Of a stretch of DNA of 64,000 nucleotides, positions 1 to 13,215 are shown one piece after another (position 1 is the stretch's first letter; the number at the start of each line of letters is the position of its first letter). The notes under the pieces are model-generated. The model was given only the letters and a program-made list of their open reading frames with translations. It had not been told where the DNA came from and ran no database searches. A program made the position numbers and the translations under genes. The stretch is taken from the NCBI GenBank assembly GCA_028534125.1, contig CM052816.1, positions 21,764,001 to 21,828,000 of the forward strand. Direction: 5' to 3'. This DNA comes from Lama glama. Taxonomy: Eukaryota.

Positions 1-789
1 CAGGTCTGCCTAGGGCTGAATGGTCCCTTAGAGCCACAGCTGCCTCTCACCAAGACATCAAGCTGGCTGCCACCTTGGGAAAGGTGGGGGCAGGGGCAGT
101 GTGCCTAGCCCCGGGTCTCTGAAGCTACTCTGGTAGGGCAGCTGCTGAGACTAGCTGTGGCTTCTGATCTCAGAAGAAGGCAGGAAGCTGTGGCCAAGGC
201 CACAGCAACATTTGCTCGTATAAAAGGAGAAAGGAAGTATGTGCCAGGAAATATGTGCAGCAGCCCCTCCCTGGCCTGGGCCTGAGTGACCTCAGTCCGG
301 CAGAGTCCTGGATCTGACCCGAGGCCTCATGGAGGCAGCAGTGCCCACTCCTTCCCAGATGGCACCATCTGGCCTTGGAGCGGCAGTGGTCAAAGGGGTC
401 ACTGACGCAAGGGACCCTGGGCCCAACAGATGTGGAATCTGTGACCAAAGGCCTCAGGTGACTGGAGACCTCCCCACACACACTCCGCCCCAAAGCCTCT
501 CTGAGCTGGGGCTTCCCGTGACTGTAGCCGCAGAGGTTTCTCAGGCTGCTTCTCTCTGACGATTTTTCCATAGAAGAGCTGGGAACTAATGTGAACCACC
601 ATCTGGAGCCCTGGTCTCTGAAAACCTCACGGATTCTCCCCTGCGCCTCTCATCTGCCTCCACACCCCCGTGCTGCCCAAAGGCCTGGTGCAGGACTCTG
701 GGCTTCCATGTTAGCCAGGCCTCTACCATCTTCTACCATGGCCACAAACGTTGCTGGAATTCACTCTGTGCAGATCCAACTCATGTCAG

Positions 790-2620
790 ATCTGAGGATA
801 CAGTAATGAACAAGAGCAGGCCTGCCATCAAGGAGCAACCAGGATAGAGAGGGTGACAGAAAACAAAGAAGGGAACACACGTACAAACAAGATAATTTCA
901 GACAGTGATAAATGTTAGTAATAAAATATAGCATGGGACTATGATAGAGTTTGACTGGGCAAGCACCATGAGACTGTGTCCTCAGGCAAGGCCTCCCCAG
1001 GAGGGGACATCTGAGTTCAGATCTGAATGACAAGAGAGGCAACCATAGGAAGAATGGGGTTCAGAAGAGCAGTGGCAAGGCCGTCCATGGGAGTAAAGGG
1101 AGTCTTTGAAGAAGAGGAGGCAGTCTAGCTGGGAGGGGGAGGTGGAAGGGTAGGCAGGGCTGAATTCCATATAGCCTGTAGGCCTGGTGAGGGCTCTGAA
1201 TTATCTTTCTCTCTTTTTTTTTTTTTTGATGGAGGTACTGACAATTGAACCCAGGACCTTGTACATGCTAAGCACACGCTCTACCACTGAGCTATACCCT
1301 CCCCCTGGGACTCTGAATTCTATTCCAAGTTGGAAGATTTTAAAGCAGGCCTTGATGACATGATCTAATTTAGGTTTTTCAAAGATTCGTCTGGCTGCTG
1401 TGACAGAGTAGACAATAGAGGAACAAGAGTAGGAGTGGATGGACTTTCCACATATTTTAAAAGCAGAGCTGAAAGAAGTTGCTGACAGACAGGATATGAT
1501 GTGTGAATATGAAAGGAGTCAGGGATGAATTGAAAGATTCTTGATGAACCATCGGATGGATTGGGGTACCATGAACTGAAATGGGGAGGATCACTGAAAG
1601 AAGGCTGATGGGGTGGTAAGAATATGAGAGTCCTGTGCTTGCTGTCATATGGATTGTGAGGCTTCAGCTGGCAAGTAATTGAATGTAAAAGTAAGCCAGC
1701 CTAAGCATCAAGGGGAATATATTGACTCTGATAAGTGGAAAGTCCAGAATTCAGGCATGGTTTGATCCATGGGTCCTCAATCTGGCTCCCCTCAGTGGGG
1801 ATAAATGACTGTTTTGGTGTCAGTCCCACCAGAAGCAGCAGCCACTCACCAGAAGAAGAAGCTTCTGTTACCCAACCATTTAACAAAATTTCTGAACTTA
1901 TATTCAATTTGATTGGACCAATTTAGATCACCAGTCATTGTGGCAAATGGGAATGGGATCATACTAATTGTCCTCACCAATCAGAGACCATCCCTGCAGC
2001 TGTGGGCAGGAGTATCTGCTCACCGAAAGGAAGGAGTGGAATGGATGCTAGGAAAGCAGCCCTAAGGCCCACCGAGCCATGGTTCATCGGAGATGCCACT
2101 TAGATGTGCAATGGGTGCTACCAAGAGGAAAGCGGCATGCGGGAGCCTGAAGCCCAGGAGAGAGGCCAGCCTGGGAAATAAACACTTACTTGTCATTGGT
2201 GTATGGATAGTACTTACAACATGAGGCTAGAAGAGGGCTACCCTGGGAAGTATAAATGGACATCTAAGGACTCATCCCGGGGGTCTGCCAGCATTTCGAG
2301 TTTCCTGAAGAGAAGCTGGCAAAGTGGAGTACAAAGGCACAGCCAGGGAAGCAGAAGGAAAGCCTAGGGGAGTGTGTTGTCATGGAAGTTAGAAAGGAAA
2401 ATGTTTTCCTTCAGCTGAGTTATACACTGCTGAGCAAAAAAAGCACAATGAGAACTAAGATGTGGATCCTGAATTTGGCAACATGGTGATCATCAGTGAC
2501 CTTGACAAGTGGCACCTCAGTGGACAGACTGTGAGGTGAGGAAGTGGAATGGTGAATGGAGATGACTCTTTCAAGGAGTTTGGCTATCATTGGGGAAGAA
2601 GAAAGGTATGACATCTGGAA
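790..2620 (-). mobile_element. Old LINE-2 fragments, interrupted by the SINE and by an MLT1-like LTR at about 1655-2070
   Basis: Purine-rich antisense L2-like tracts (gacatctgagttcagatctgaatgac; tggatcctgaatttggcaacatggtgatcatcagtgaccttgacaag). Recognised by eye; boundaries approximate. Confidence 0.55.
1214..1305 (-). mobile_element. tRNA-derived SINE (camelid Vic-1-like)
   Basis: Reverse strand reads GGGGAGGGTATAGCTCAGTGGTAGAGCG...GGTTCAAT plus poly(A), with A and B boxes; flanking repeat CTCTGAATT at 1194-1202 and 1311-1319. Confidence 0.85.
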
Positions 2621-4379
2621 GGGACAAGTGAAGCTTAGGCATTGTGGCTGGTTCCAGTGCTTGTGTGGTCCACAGCTGTGGTCCAAGAGGAGCAGCCAGA
2701 CCACAGGACAGTCATTTTCTTCTCTGTTCTGGGATCAACTTGGACTCAGAGTCGCCCTGGGCTGGGAGCCCCTCTTTGCCCCTCACACCACTAGGTGTCA
2801 GAGCATGCAGCCTACCATATTGTGACTACCCACATCCACCTCTTCTCAACAGCCAGGCTGGCACAGGGATGAGGAGGGTGAAGTAAAGTGCTAAGCCCCA
2901 TTCACTGTGGCCTCAGCACAGAGGAAGAGTCCTGGGCACTGATGAAAGTGACTGATAGGGAGTTGGATGAGTGGGCAGCAGTGGATTTGCTAGACAGGAA
3001 TGAAAGTGAAGGATGAGGGACAGTAGAGGTCCAATGGTCAGCATGGTGGAAGGACAGCATAACTGCTGGAAAGTCATGAGGCTGTTTGTGTGTGATGTGT
3101 AAGGATAAGGGCAATGGAAAGGGAGAACCGAGGTCACAGAAGTGATTGACTAGAAGGAGAGAGCAGGAACAGAGTCCTAAAGGTCTAGGGCAATGTTGGC
3201 ATCTGCTCTACGATGACAGTGGTACCTGGGCTGGGAGAAGCCCTATAACCTGGTCCAACCCATTGCATGTGTCACAATAATGTTTTGAAGTATAAACCTC
3301 CTTCTGAGCTGTTTTGATTTTTAGCTCATGATACAAAGAGGAAGTACCAAACTCTGGCCCAGAGGTCCATCTGCACCAGTGAAAGAAGCCACAGGAGGAA
3401 TGATGAGCATGCACAGACCATCACTCTAATTCCACTCTATCCATGACTGACTCTGGGACCTCAGGTCTCTTGGGAAAAGAGACTTGGCTTGGATTTGGCT
3501 GGACTGATTGTCACAGGGGTGGCAGCGGGGGACGTCTGTAATAGCTCAGGGTACAGAAAATTTTATTGGCCTCCCATTGCCTGGATATTAGAAGGAGCTA
3601 GAAGTGTCGACATTTGGTGAATGAAAGTGAACAAGTGATCAAATAGTGAGTGATCAATTGTGAAACCCAATTTCCAAAAAGGTAGCAGAGGTTAGGAATG
3701 ATTGAGTCAAATCAGTGAGCAACGTCTCTGTCCTTAGGGATGTCCTGGGCCTCAGCCCTGCCTGGGGATGAGAGGACACTGACTCATGGGAAAGACACTG
3801 TAATCAGGATCAATATGATTTTGTGGGGGAGGATATCAGAGAAAGACCTGTAAGATGTTCCTATGCCTGGACTTTTCTCCCCTCCCACTGCTCATCCTGT
3901 GTTACTCACACCCACTTCTGCTCATGCTGCCCCTCCTCGGTGTCCGCTCACCTCCATCCCCAGAGCAGCCAGCCTACCCTACCCAGCCTGTCTTCTCTAC
4001 AGCCACCTCTTACATATGTCCCACTCGCATTCTTTGAGAAAAGATGACTTTTTGCCCCCATTCTGGCTATCGATATAATGTATGTTCATTATACAAAGTT
4101 TGTAAAACTCAGAAAAGCACTGGAAAGAGAACCAAAGTCACCCTCCATCCCCAACTCAGGAGGCAGCCACTTTCTCTTTATCTTGACACATCATTTTGTG
4201 TCTTTTCTGACTCCCTTCCAACCACATCTTTTTTTCAGTTGGAACCCTACTTCTGTTCCAGTTTATAAATTTAATAATGGAACGTAAGCTTTCATGAGAG
4301 TAGGAGCATTATCTGTTTTGTCCACTGCTGTTCACTAGCACGTGGTAGTTATTCAAAAAGCATTTGTTGGAATAATGGA

Positions 4380-5520
4380 TTTTATAACTTGTTTTCACTT
4401 AACGCTATATAGCCATTTTCTGGCATTGTTAGCTTTCCTCTTATGCCTTTATCTTTAATGACTGCATGATATTTCATCCTCTGTGTATACAATAATTTTT
4501 TTTATCTAACCCACTATTGTTAGATATTAAAGTTGCCTCAAATTTTTTATACTTAGGTAATACCATGCTGAACATACCTGAATATTCATTCATATACAGC
4601 TATTTCTGCATGTGATTTCCAGAAGATAAATTCCTAGAAGTGGAATTGCTGGATTGTATCTGCTTATGTAAGATTTCTATACATTTGCCTAATTGCCCTC
4701 CCACCCAAAAGGCTGATCTCAACCCATGTCCTCAACCCTTTTCAGTGGAACCTATTACTTCTTTTACACTTTGACACTTGTTAGAAATTATGTACCTTAT
4801 TTTTAACGAGTTTTTCTTTGATTACTTGCGAAGTTGCCTGTTTTTTATGTCTACAAGCCTTTTGTGTTTTTCTCTTTTCTCGGTTGCTTAGTCATCTTCT
4901 TGTCCCTTATTCTTTCCTTGTGTTTTTCCTAGTTGATTTGTAAGAGCTCCTCATAAAATAAATATTTCTAAGTTGCCAAATTTTAAAATTTCATGTGATA
5001 TTTTTGTTTAGTATTTGAGCTTTCTAATCAATTAATCAATTTCTGCGCCACAGGTTTAATTTTTGTGTTATTCATTATATTATTTATTGTGACATTTTAA
5101 TTTTTAGTATTACTCTCCTTTCAAAAATGTCTCCTGGCCAGTACTATGTGTGTACATTCTTCAATTAAATTTAAACCCATTTTGTTAAAGTTAAAGATGA
5201 GATTGCATTAAATATCAACCTAACTGGGGAGAATTGACATCTTTGTAATCTTTAGTATTTTAATCCAGAAGTACAGTTTACCTCTTCATTCACTGAAGTC
5301 TTCTTTTATATCTTTCTAAAAAGTTTTACAGTGTTCTTCACCTAGGTCCATACATATCTTATTTATTCCAAGTTATTTTCTATTTTTTGTTGCTTTTGTG
5401 AATGTAATGTTTTTCCTATATATTTTCTGTTATATTTATTTTTATATTTAATAAATATTTAACCACATTACAAACATTCCTGTTTAGTACAAAAGTTCCT
5501 AGTTGCTTCTCTTGAAGTTC
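4380..5520 (-). mobile_element. Old L1M fragments
   Basis: AT-rich tract with L1M-like phrases (ttcctagaagtggaattgctggat; ggggagaattgacatcttt). Confidence 0.55.
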
Positions 5521-8500
5521 TGCCCTCTAGGTGCTCACTGGGGTCTTTCCTCTTTCTCCATTCCATCCACAGGCAGAGGTAGAACTAAGTGTGAGCACCC
5601 CAAACCTCAGTGCAGATCAGCATGTGCTCCTGACCTCAGAGGAATGTGAGTGATCTTCCCCCAATGGGATCATTTGTCCTTGCCTTGGAAAGATGAGTCT
5701 CACCTGGATTCACAGATGTCCAAAGTGAGACAGGAGGGACACAGTCCTCCTGGCCAAGGAACCATAGAAACAGGTCTCCTAGGAGAAGCAAAAACCAGGT
5801 AGAGCCAAGAGCACATGGAAGGAGTTGTGGTTAATATGGCAGGAGGTTCAGCAGAATCAGGCCTTGGATGCTTGGAACTAGCTGGAGGCCCTGAATTCCT
5901 GCTCTGGCAGGAGGAACTGCCTTTGAGGAATATAGTAAAGGGGATGGAAGGGCCCAAGGAGGAAGAGGGGCTGAATGTGTGTATGTTGGGGGGCAGCATC
6001 CGTGGAAGGGGGCCAGAGGGAGCCTAGAAGGAGGACCTGTCTGCCAGCTGTCCTTCTTCCTTCCAGTAGCACTGTCTGCCCTCACCACCTGAGGATATCC
6101 TTCCTGAGTAGTTTAGAGGTCCATCCTTCCTTCTCCGAAAGGCCCATGTTGACTCTGGAGCAAAAATGCTTCCCTAGAGCAAATTGTTTTTAATTCTTCA
6201 CCAGAACAGGTCCTGTTGGTATTTATAACTGCTTGGTGATTTCTCTTTCCTTCTAAAATTCTACAACATCCAACTTTTATTGAGTTTCTCCTGAAAGCCA
6301 GGTGACTGAGCACATTCCAGCATATGTACTGTGTGGAGGAGGTGACAGGGCTTGGGCCTCTCCTGAATAGAGAGGGCAGCCTTGTGGGTTTCAGTCTGAT
6401 GTTCCACAGGTGTTGGTGGCTGAGTCCCCTCCCTCACGCCTTACCCTGTGCTCTCTGGGAATTCACCTAGTGAAACAATTCTCTCTTTGCTGCACACGTG
6501 GCCCAGCATGTCCATCCTGGGTGTTTTACATTCCGTTACCTTTATCTTGTTTAGCAGCTTTCATTCTACAGATTAAAAATATTTCTTTGAAATTATTTTG
6601 GGTGAGGTTTGAGCGGTACAGCACACGTATGCTGGGTGCACTGGTATTTTGGGTGGATTCCCTGCTGTGTGTCACCACCAAGTGTTTGTGGTTGGCCCTG
6701 GTGTTTCTACTAATGCAGGAGATATTCTCTTTCCTTCTCTCTGGGGTTTGCCCCCTCACAAACCACAATGAGGCTTTAATAGCTTCGGGGATGTCAGCAA
6801 AGACTGTGGTTACTGGGGCTACTGATATTACACTTGCCACCTTTTCCCACTAAAAAGTAAATTGGCTTCTAAGTTAAAATTTCTTTTTCCCAGAAAATTA
6901 GCTCTTGCTTTTCCTTTTTATATAAGAAATCCTCTATTCCTAATTTTAAGAGATTTTTTTTTTTGAGAAAAATGTTGAATCGTGTATTCTTATTTAAATG
7001 ATTTTTGCCAATTTTTTTGTTAATAGGTATAAAGGAAAGAACACAGTTTTGGGAGCTGGATGGCTTTGGACAAATCTCAGGCTTGCTGTGGGACCTCAGG
7101 CAAGTTCAGCTCTCTAAGCCTCAATATCCTCCTCTGTAAGACTAGATGTTTTAGTACAAATGACCACAAGCAATAGTAGCGTACTCAAGCCAGCTAAAGA
7201 TTGATTAGAGGGTCACTGGGAAGTATCTCACAGGCTCCAAATGCAGGAATGCAGAGGGCCTCCGGGCACACTAGAATCAGAGATGCAGGCACAGCTGGAA
7301 GTGCAGACCACTGACAGTTCAGAATCCATTGTGGACTGGCTGAAAAATCTTTCCTTTGAATTTGTTTTGGGATGCAGCATGGTTGGGCCTGAGCCCTCTT
7401 CTGGTCAGGTTTTTTTGCCCTGACTTCCTTCACCCCTCACTGGCCCATGGAGAATTCAACAGTGAATTTTTCTCTGTTTCTGATCTTTGCTTCTCTGGGC
7501 CTATTTACTTCATTTTCATGTTCTCTTCAGAAGTGTACTAACATTCCAATTCCAAATTCCCAGGGAAGAACCACAGTGGGTCCAGCTGTTGGACTGGTTA
7601 TTGGCCAACTGGACCAATTATCGTGACCAGGGGACACAGTCACACTCTGTGGACATGGTGGCCCCTATTGTAAAGCTATGGGTAGAATGTAGGGCATGGT
7701 GAAAGGAACGTTTTCTAAAGAGGCTGCTGCAGATATAACCCTAGTATCCTTACATCTTAGAGTTGCTAGGGGTAGGATATGCGCTTATCATGTAACTGCT
7801 CTTGGCTGATGCTCAACAAACCTTTAGATACCGCCCCTGACTGCTTGTCCCATATCAGCCTGGCACTCTGGAGATGCATTCTACTTTATTTTAGTGAAAA
7901 TAGGTGTTACATGTTTAATCATCTGTTAAATTTTTATTTAGTATTTTTATGTCTATATAGCTGATATTGGCCTATCAATTTTTAGTTGTTTAAAAATTTG
8001 ATGTCCCATCAAGTTTTGGATTCTGTCTATATTTACCTCTTAAATTGTATTGGCCGACAAATAATGTTTTACATGGTTTTAAATAGTTTGTAGAATATAA
8101 GGATTATTCATGTCTTCAAATTTTTAAACAAATCTCCTTAAGGAGTAATGGTTGGCACATTAGAGTGGGAGTCAGAATGCCCACATTGTGGTTTGGTCTT
8201 CATCTTTATTTTCTGTATGACCTTGAACAAGTCCCTTTCCCTTCCTGAACCTCTATAGGATTACGAAGGACAGGATGGCTCGGATGTCCTGAACCCCCAC
8301 TTAGGGGGTCTTTCTGGATTGTCAGCCAGTGGTCCCTGGGGTTGCTTCTTTTTTTGGCAAGCCCCCTCTGCACCCTTCTGGTGCCTTCTTACAAATTTCT
8401 AGCCAGTAGTTTCCTTTTCCTCTGCCTTTGAAGTGGTTTGTGTTGTGCTCTTGTTTCTTGGCCCTGAGTGTACCCTCTCAAAGCACTGTTTTTGCTATCT

Positions 8501-9575
8501 GTGGGTCTCAGCTCACATGGGCAGTGTCTTGAGCATTGATTTTTTTTTTTTTTGGTTCCCAGTAATAAGCTCTGAGACTGTGAAGCAGTCTGACTGCCTC
8601 TCGGGGATGTACCATCCTGTTCTGAAAACTCACTTCTTTGACTTCCCAGCACCTGGCCCCTCCTCGAGAGCTTTTCCTTCCACCACCTCTAAAGAGTCTA
8701 CCCCTGCCCTCCTCCCCACCCTCTATAACATCTTCCTGGGCTGCCATGAGCCACTCTGAAGGTCCTCATGGCCACCTCCAGCCCTCACCTCTCTCCCCAG
8801 TCAGCTCAGTGGGGACTCCTAAAGGCCACCAGAGAATGGGGAGATGGAGGAAGATGCCAGGTGACCACAGGTCAGGAGGTGAGGAGTCCAACAGCACTGA
8901 CCCTCTACTCACACCTCGCAGGTGTGCCATGTGGGAAGGGACATCACTCTAATTTCTGTAATGATCTTCCCATGACATGCTTCTCCCTTTCCAGCATCCC
9001 AACCCTTTCTGAGCCAAGAGAGCGTTTTTTCTTATGATGGATTTTTCCCTCATTATAAAAATGTCTATTCATTGTAGAAAATTTGGAAAATACAGATAAA
9101 GAAGGAAAGAAAAATCCTTATAATCCTACCACTCAGTGATAACCACTATTAATCTTTCTTTCATGTTTTCCATGAATATATGGATGCTTTTAAGCATGAT
9201 AGAAATTATACTGGCTATACTGTTTTAAAACCTGCATTTTTCAACTGGCCACATGCCACGAATATCCATCTGTGTCATTGTGCAGTCTTCTGCATCATCA
9301 TTTTTGTGGGCAGCAGAGCATATATCATCCTATAGATGTACAAAAATGAATCCTGCTTTGTATTTGGGTAGTTTCCAACTTGGTACCATTGTAAATAATA
9401 TTGTAATGACCATCGTCATGAAGAAATAATCCCTGATTTTCTTTTCCTTGTGTTAATCCCTAAGCAACCCCACCAGTGGTAGTCAAAGTTAAGAATATTT
9501 TTGAGGTTTGTGGCACACTTGCCATGCTGCCCTTCAAAAAGGCTTTGCAGAATGTCAGACCCTTAGATGCCTTAC

Positions 9576-9661
9576 TTTTTTTTAAACAGGGTTAGTGGGG
9601 ATTGAACCCAGGACCTTGGTGCATGCTAGGCATGCATTCTACCACTGATATACCTTCCCCC
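9576..9661 (-). mobile_element. tRNA-derived SINE (Vic-1-like), more diverged copy
   Basis: Homologous to 1214-1305 (attgaacccaggacctt...catgcta...ctaccactga). Confidence 0.8.
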
Positions 9662-10007
9662 AAGTGGGTTAATTGATGTCTGACAGGTGGGCAATGACAC
9701 TTCCATAGAGCACGTGCACTCCATGTGGGCTGGGCTTGTTTGTTCACTGCTACAATGCCTTGCACATAGTAGGGACTCAACATATACTTATTAACTGAAT
9801 GAATGCATGAATGACTATCAAGTATACATTTTTAAATTTAAAGAGGTAATAACATAAGGAAAGTACTTATGTAGTCAGGTTTAAATCAGTAGCATATGGT
9901 ACCAAATAAATTGTTTCCATCATTCAGTCATTTAACAAATAGTTATGGAACTATGCTATGCCTGGGGAAAAGACAGGATTGATGTAAGGATTAGTGAGTT
10001 AACATAT

Positions 10008-10113
10008 TGTATTAGTCTTCCAGCACTGCCATAACAAAATACCACAGGTTGGATGACTTAAATAATAGAAATTTATTTTCTCATGACTCTGAAGGCTAGA
10101 AGTCCAAGGTCAA
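10008..10113 (-). mobile_element. MLT1 (ERVL-MaLR) LTR end fragment
   Basis: tgtattagt...ctgccataacaaaataccaca...gaaatttattttctca...ggctagaagtccaaggtcaa is a typical MLT1 terminus. Confidence 0.7.
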
Positions 10114-10310
10114 ACCCATAGGGGGGTGGAGACATTTGAAGCCCAGGACAGGAAAGAACAAGTCCCTTTACTTAGCATTAGGAACAGGCCTAGAGAGGAG
10201 AGATATGTGGCCTTCCTGTCCCCATTCCTCAGGAAGGACCAAGCCATGTTCAGTGGAAGAAAGAAAAATATTCAGTTATGCTGCAGTCTATCACAGCTCC
10301 AGCACAGGTG

Positions 10311-11900
10311 TTTTTTTAAATTGAAGTATAGTCAGTTTACAGTGTAGTGTCAATTTCTGGTGTATAGCATAATGTTTCAGTCATACATATACATACATAT
10401 ATTTGTTTTCACATTCTTTTTCATTGTAGGTTATTGTAGGTTATTGTATTGTTCCCTGTGCTATATAGTATAAACTCTTTTTTAATGTATTTTGTATATA
10501 GTAGTTAGTATCTATAAATATTGAACTCCCAGTTTATCCCTTCCCACCCCCTTCCCTGCTCTGGTAACCATAAATTTGTTTTCTATGTCTGTGAATCTGT
10601 TTCTCTTTTGTAAGTAAGTTTATTTGTGTCATTTTTTAAGATTCCACATATAAGTGTTATCACATGGTATTTTTCTTTTTCTTTTTTTTTTACATTTTTT
10701 ATTGATTCATAATCATTTTACAGTGTTGTGTCAAATTCCAGTGTTCAGCACAATTTTTCAGTCATTCATGAACATATACACACTCATTGTCACATTTTTT
10801 TCTCTGTGATTTATCATAACATTTTGTGTATATTTCCCTGTGCTATACAGTGTACTCTTGTTTATCTATTCTACAATTTTGAAATCCCAGTCTATCCCTT
10901 CCCACCCTCTACCCCCCCCCACCCGGTAACGACAAGTCTGTATTCTCTGTTCATGAGTCTATTTCTGTCCTGTATTTATGCTTTGTTTTTGTTTGTTTTT
11001 GTTTTTTAGATTCCACATATGAGCGATCTCATATGGTATTTTTCTTTCTCTTTCTGGCTTACTTCACTGAATGATCTCTAGGTCCATCCATATTGCTACC
11101 AATGGCATTATTTTATTCTTTTTTATTGCTGAGTAGTATTCCATTATGTAAACATACCACAACTTCTTTATCCAGTCATCTGTCAGTGGACATTTAAGTT
11201 GTTTCCATGTCTTGACTATTGTAAATAGTGCTGCTGTGAACATTGGGGTTCATGTATCTTTTCAAATTAGAGTTCTCTCCAGATGTATGCCCAGGAGTGG
11301 GAGTGCTAGATCAGATGGTAAGTCTGTTTCTAGTTTTTTAAGGAATCTCCATACTGTTTTCCATATTGGATGCACCAAACTACATTTCCAACAACAGTGT
11401 AGAGGGTTCCCTTTTTTCCACACCCTTTACAGCATTTATCATTTGTGGACTTTTGAATGATGCCCATTCTGATTGGTGTGAGGTGATACTTCATTGCAGT
11501 TTTGATTTGCATTTCTCTGATAATTAACAATATTGAGCTATTTTTCATGTGCCTATTGGCCATTTGTATGTCTTCACTGGAGAATTGCTTATTTAGGTCT
11601 TCTGGCCATTCTTTGATTGGGTTGTTTGTTTTTTTGTTAAGTTTTATGAGCTGTTTGTATATTATAGAAATTAAGCCTTTGTCAGTTTCATCATTTGCAA
11701 ATATTTTCTCCACCCTGTAGGTTGTCTTTTTGTTTTGTTTATAGTTTCCTTTGCTGTGCAAAAGCTTGTAAGTGTAAATAGGTCCCATTTGTTTATTTTT
11801 GTTTTTATTTCTATTGTCTGGGTAGACTGCCCTAGGAGAACATTGCTAAGATTTATGTCAGAAAATGTTTTGCCTATGTTTTCTTCTAGGAGGTTTATCA
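10311..11900 (-). mobile_element. 5'-truncated LINE-1 (ORF2 C-terminus plus 3' UTR) carrying two 3' tails
   Basis: ORFs 11330..11788 and 11671..11901 translate to L1 ORF2 C-terminal sequence; TSD CAGCACAGGT at 10300-10309 and 11901-11910; second poly(T)-led tail starts at about 10682. Confidence 0.92.
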
Positions 11901-12939
11901 CAGCACAGGTTTTTGAATTACAATATTCACAAGTAGAGAGACATCTGCAGGAAAAGTAACTGGATGTGACATCCTGCAGGAGGCCAGACTAAATGTGTCC
12001 TATGACATCACTCTGGAGGGAAGGTTGCCAGCAGCCACAAGAGAACCTGGAGCACTTCTGCAGCTGAGTGCTGCAGAGGAGTGCTGGGCCTGGGGTTTGT
12101 GGCATGGCCCCTGGGCCCTCTGTTCTGTGAAGAAATGCTTTGTTGACTCCCTGGTCTACGGAGAAGTTATCTGCCCACCTCCGTAGGACAGTCTGGTCTG
12201 GGGAGATACCTTCTTTCTGCCTAGCTTCTGGATCCCCCTGAGTCTCCTCCTGAGCACCAGCAGGTCTTCAGTTAATCTGCTGCCAGTGGGAATGGAGGGA
12301 GGGTATTCTGACAGCCATATGACACCCTCTTGGAGGATCCCTGCCAAAGCTGAAACATGAAAAATTTCATCAAAGTCCCTGCCAGGCTGTGCCTGAGTTC
12401 TAGCAGGAGCAGCTCTCCCAGGAGTCCAGATTCTGCAATGAGAAAGAAGGTGGAAGTGCTTATTATAAATATGGGAAGTGTCACCTACAAGGTATACACA
12501 GAGAGGCCTGGGCACATATATGCCATATATGGGTACTACAGGCACAGGCCCCTACACAAACTCATACCCTAGCTGTTGAGCTGTAAGCACAGGATAGGTG
12601 CCTTTAGTGAGTCTGAAGATATCTCTGTCTTTTTCACTCTCTGCTGCCTGACATTTGCTTTCTTATTTCCTCCCCTCTTCTTCCTGGGTCAGCTGGTGCC
12701 TGGCCTAGGAGAGCTGCATGCAGAGAGGGTTAGGCTGCCTGAGCGCTGTCCTCGGTGCTGGAGGCCTGGTGGGGCATATATGTTTGAGAATAAGCAAGAA
12801 TGTTGGAGGAGGTAACCTTGAAATCCAGGTGTAGGTATCCACTGGGTCTCACCAGAATAACTACCCTTATCCTCTTGAAAGATTATGCAACTGGGCTTCC
12901 TCCTTTCAGTCCCAGACACTGAAACAGAGGGTGTCCAAC

Positions 12940-13153
12940 TGAAACAAAGTCCCCCTAAAACCGAGTACCCTTACCAAGTTTACGATCAGTCTCTCTATCC
13001 AAAACTTTATCCCCTTTCTTGTCCCCTCTGACCTCAATCCTAACTGTGCTAAGTAATCAACTAATCAACCAGAGTCAGATAATTTAAATTGCTATTGTCA
13101 ATAACGTTGTTAACGTACTAAAATTGCTATTATAGATATCATCATTAAGGTAC
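12940..13153 (+). mobile_element. 5' LTR, truncated
   Basis: Aligns by eye with 18526-18734 (shared blocks include cccttaccaagttta, ctatccaaaactt and tactaaaattgctattatagatatcatc); homology stops at GGTAC. Confidence 0.85.
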
Positions 13154-13215
13154 TGTTTTGCGTTTGTTTGTTTGTGTGCTTGATATTTGACAACACTGGC
13201 CATTAACTATTAATA

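Noticed and set aside
1214..1305. Possible tRNA gene
   Set aside because: The poly(A) tail, flanking direct repeat, imperfect stems and a second diverged copy indicate a SINE.
11330..11901. Minus-strand ORFs of 152 and 76 aa as a host gene
   Set aside because: They are frameshifted L1 ORF2 C-terminal fragments.
1..12900. IL3 or another protein-coding gene upstream of ACSL6
   Set aside because: No cytokine-like exons were recognised on either strand; the region is mostly old repeats.
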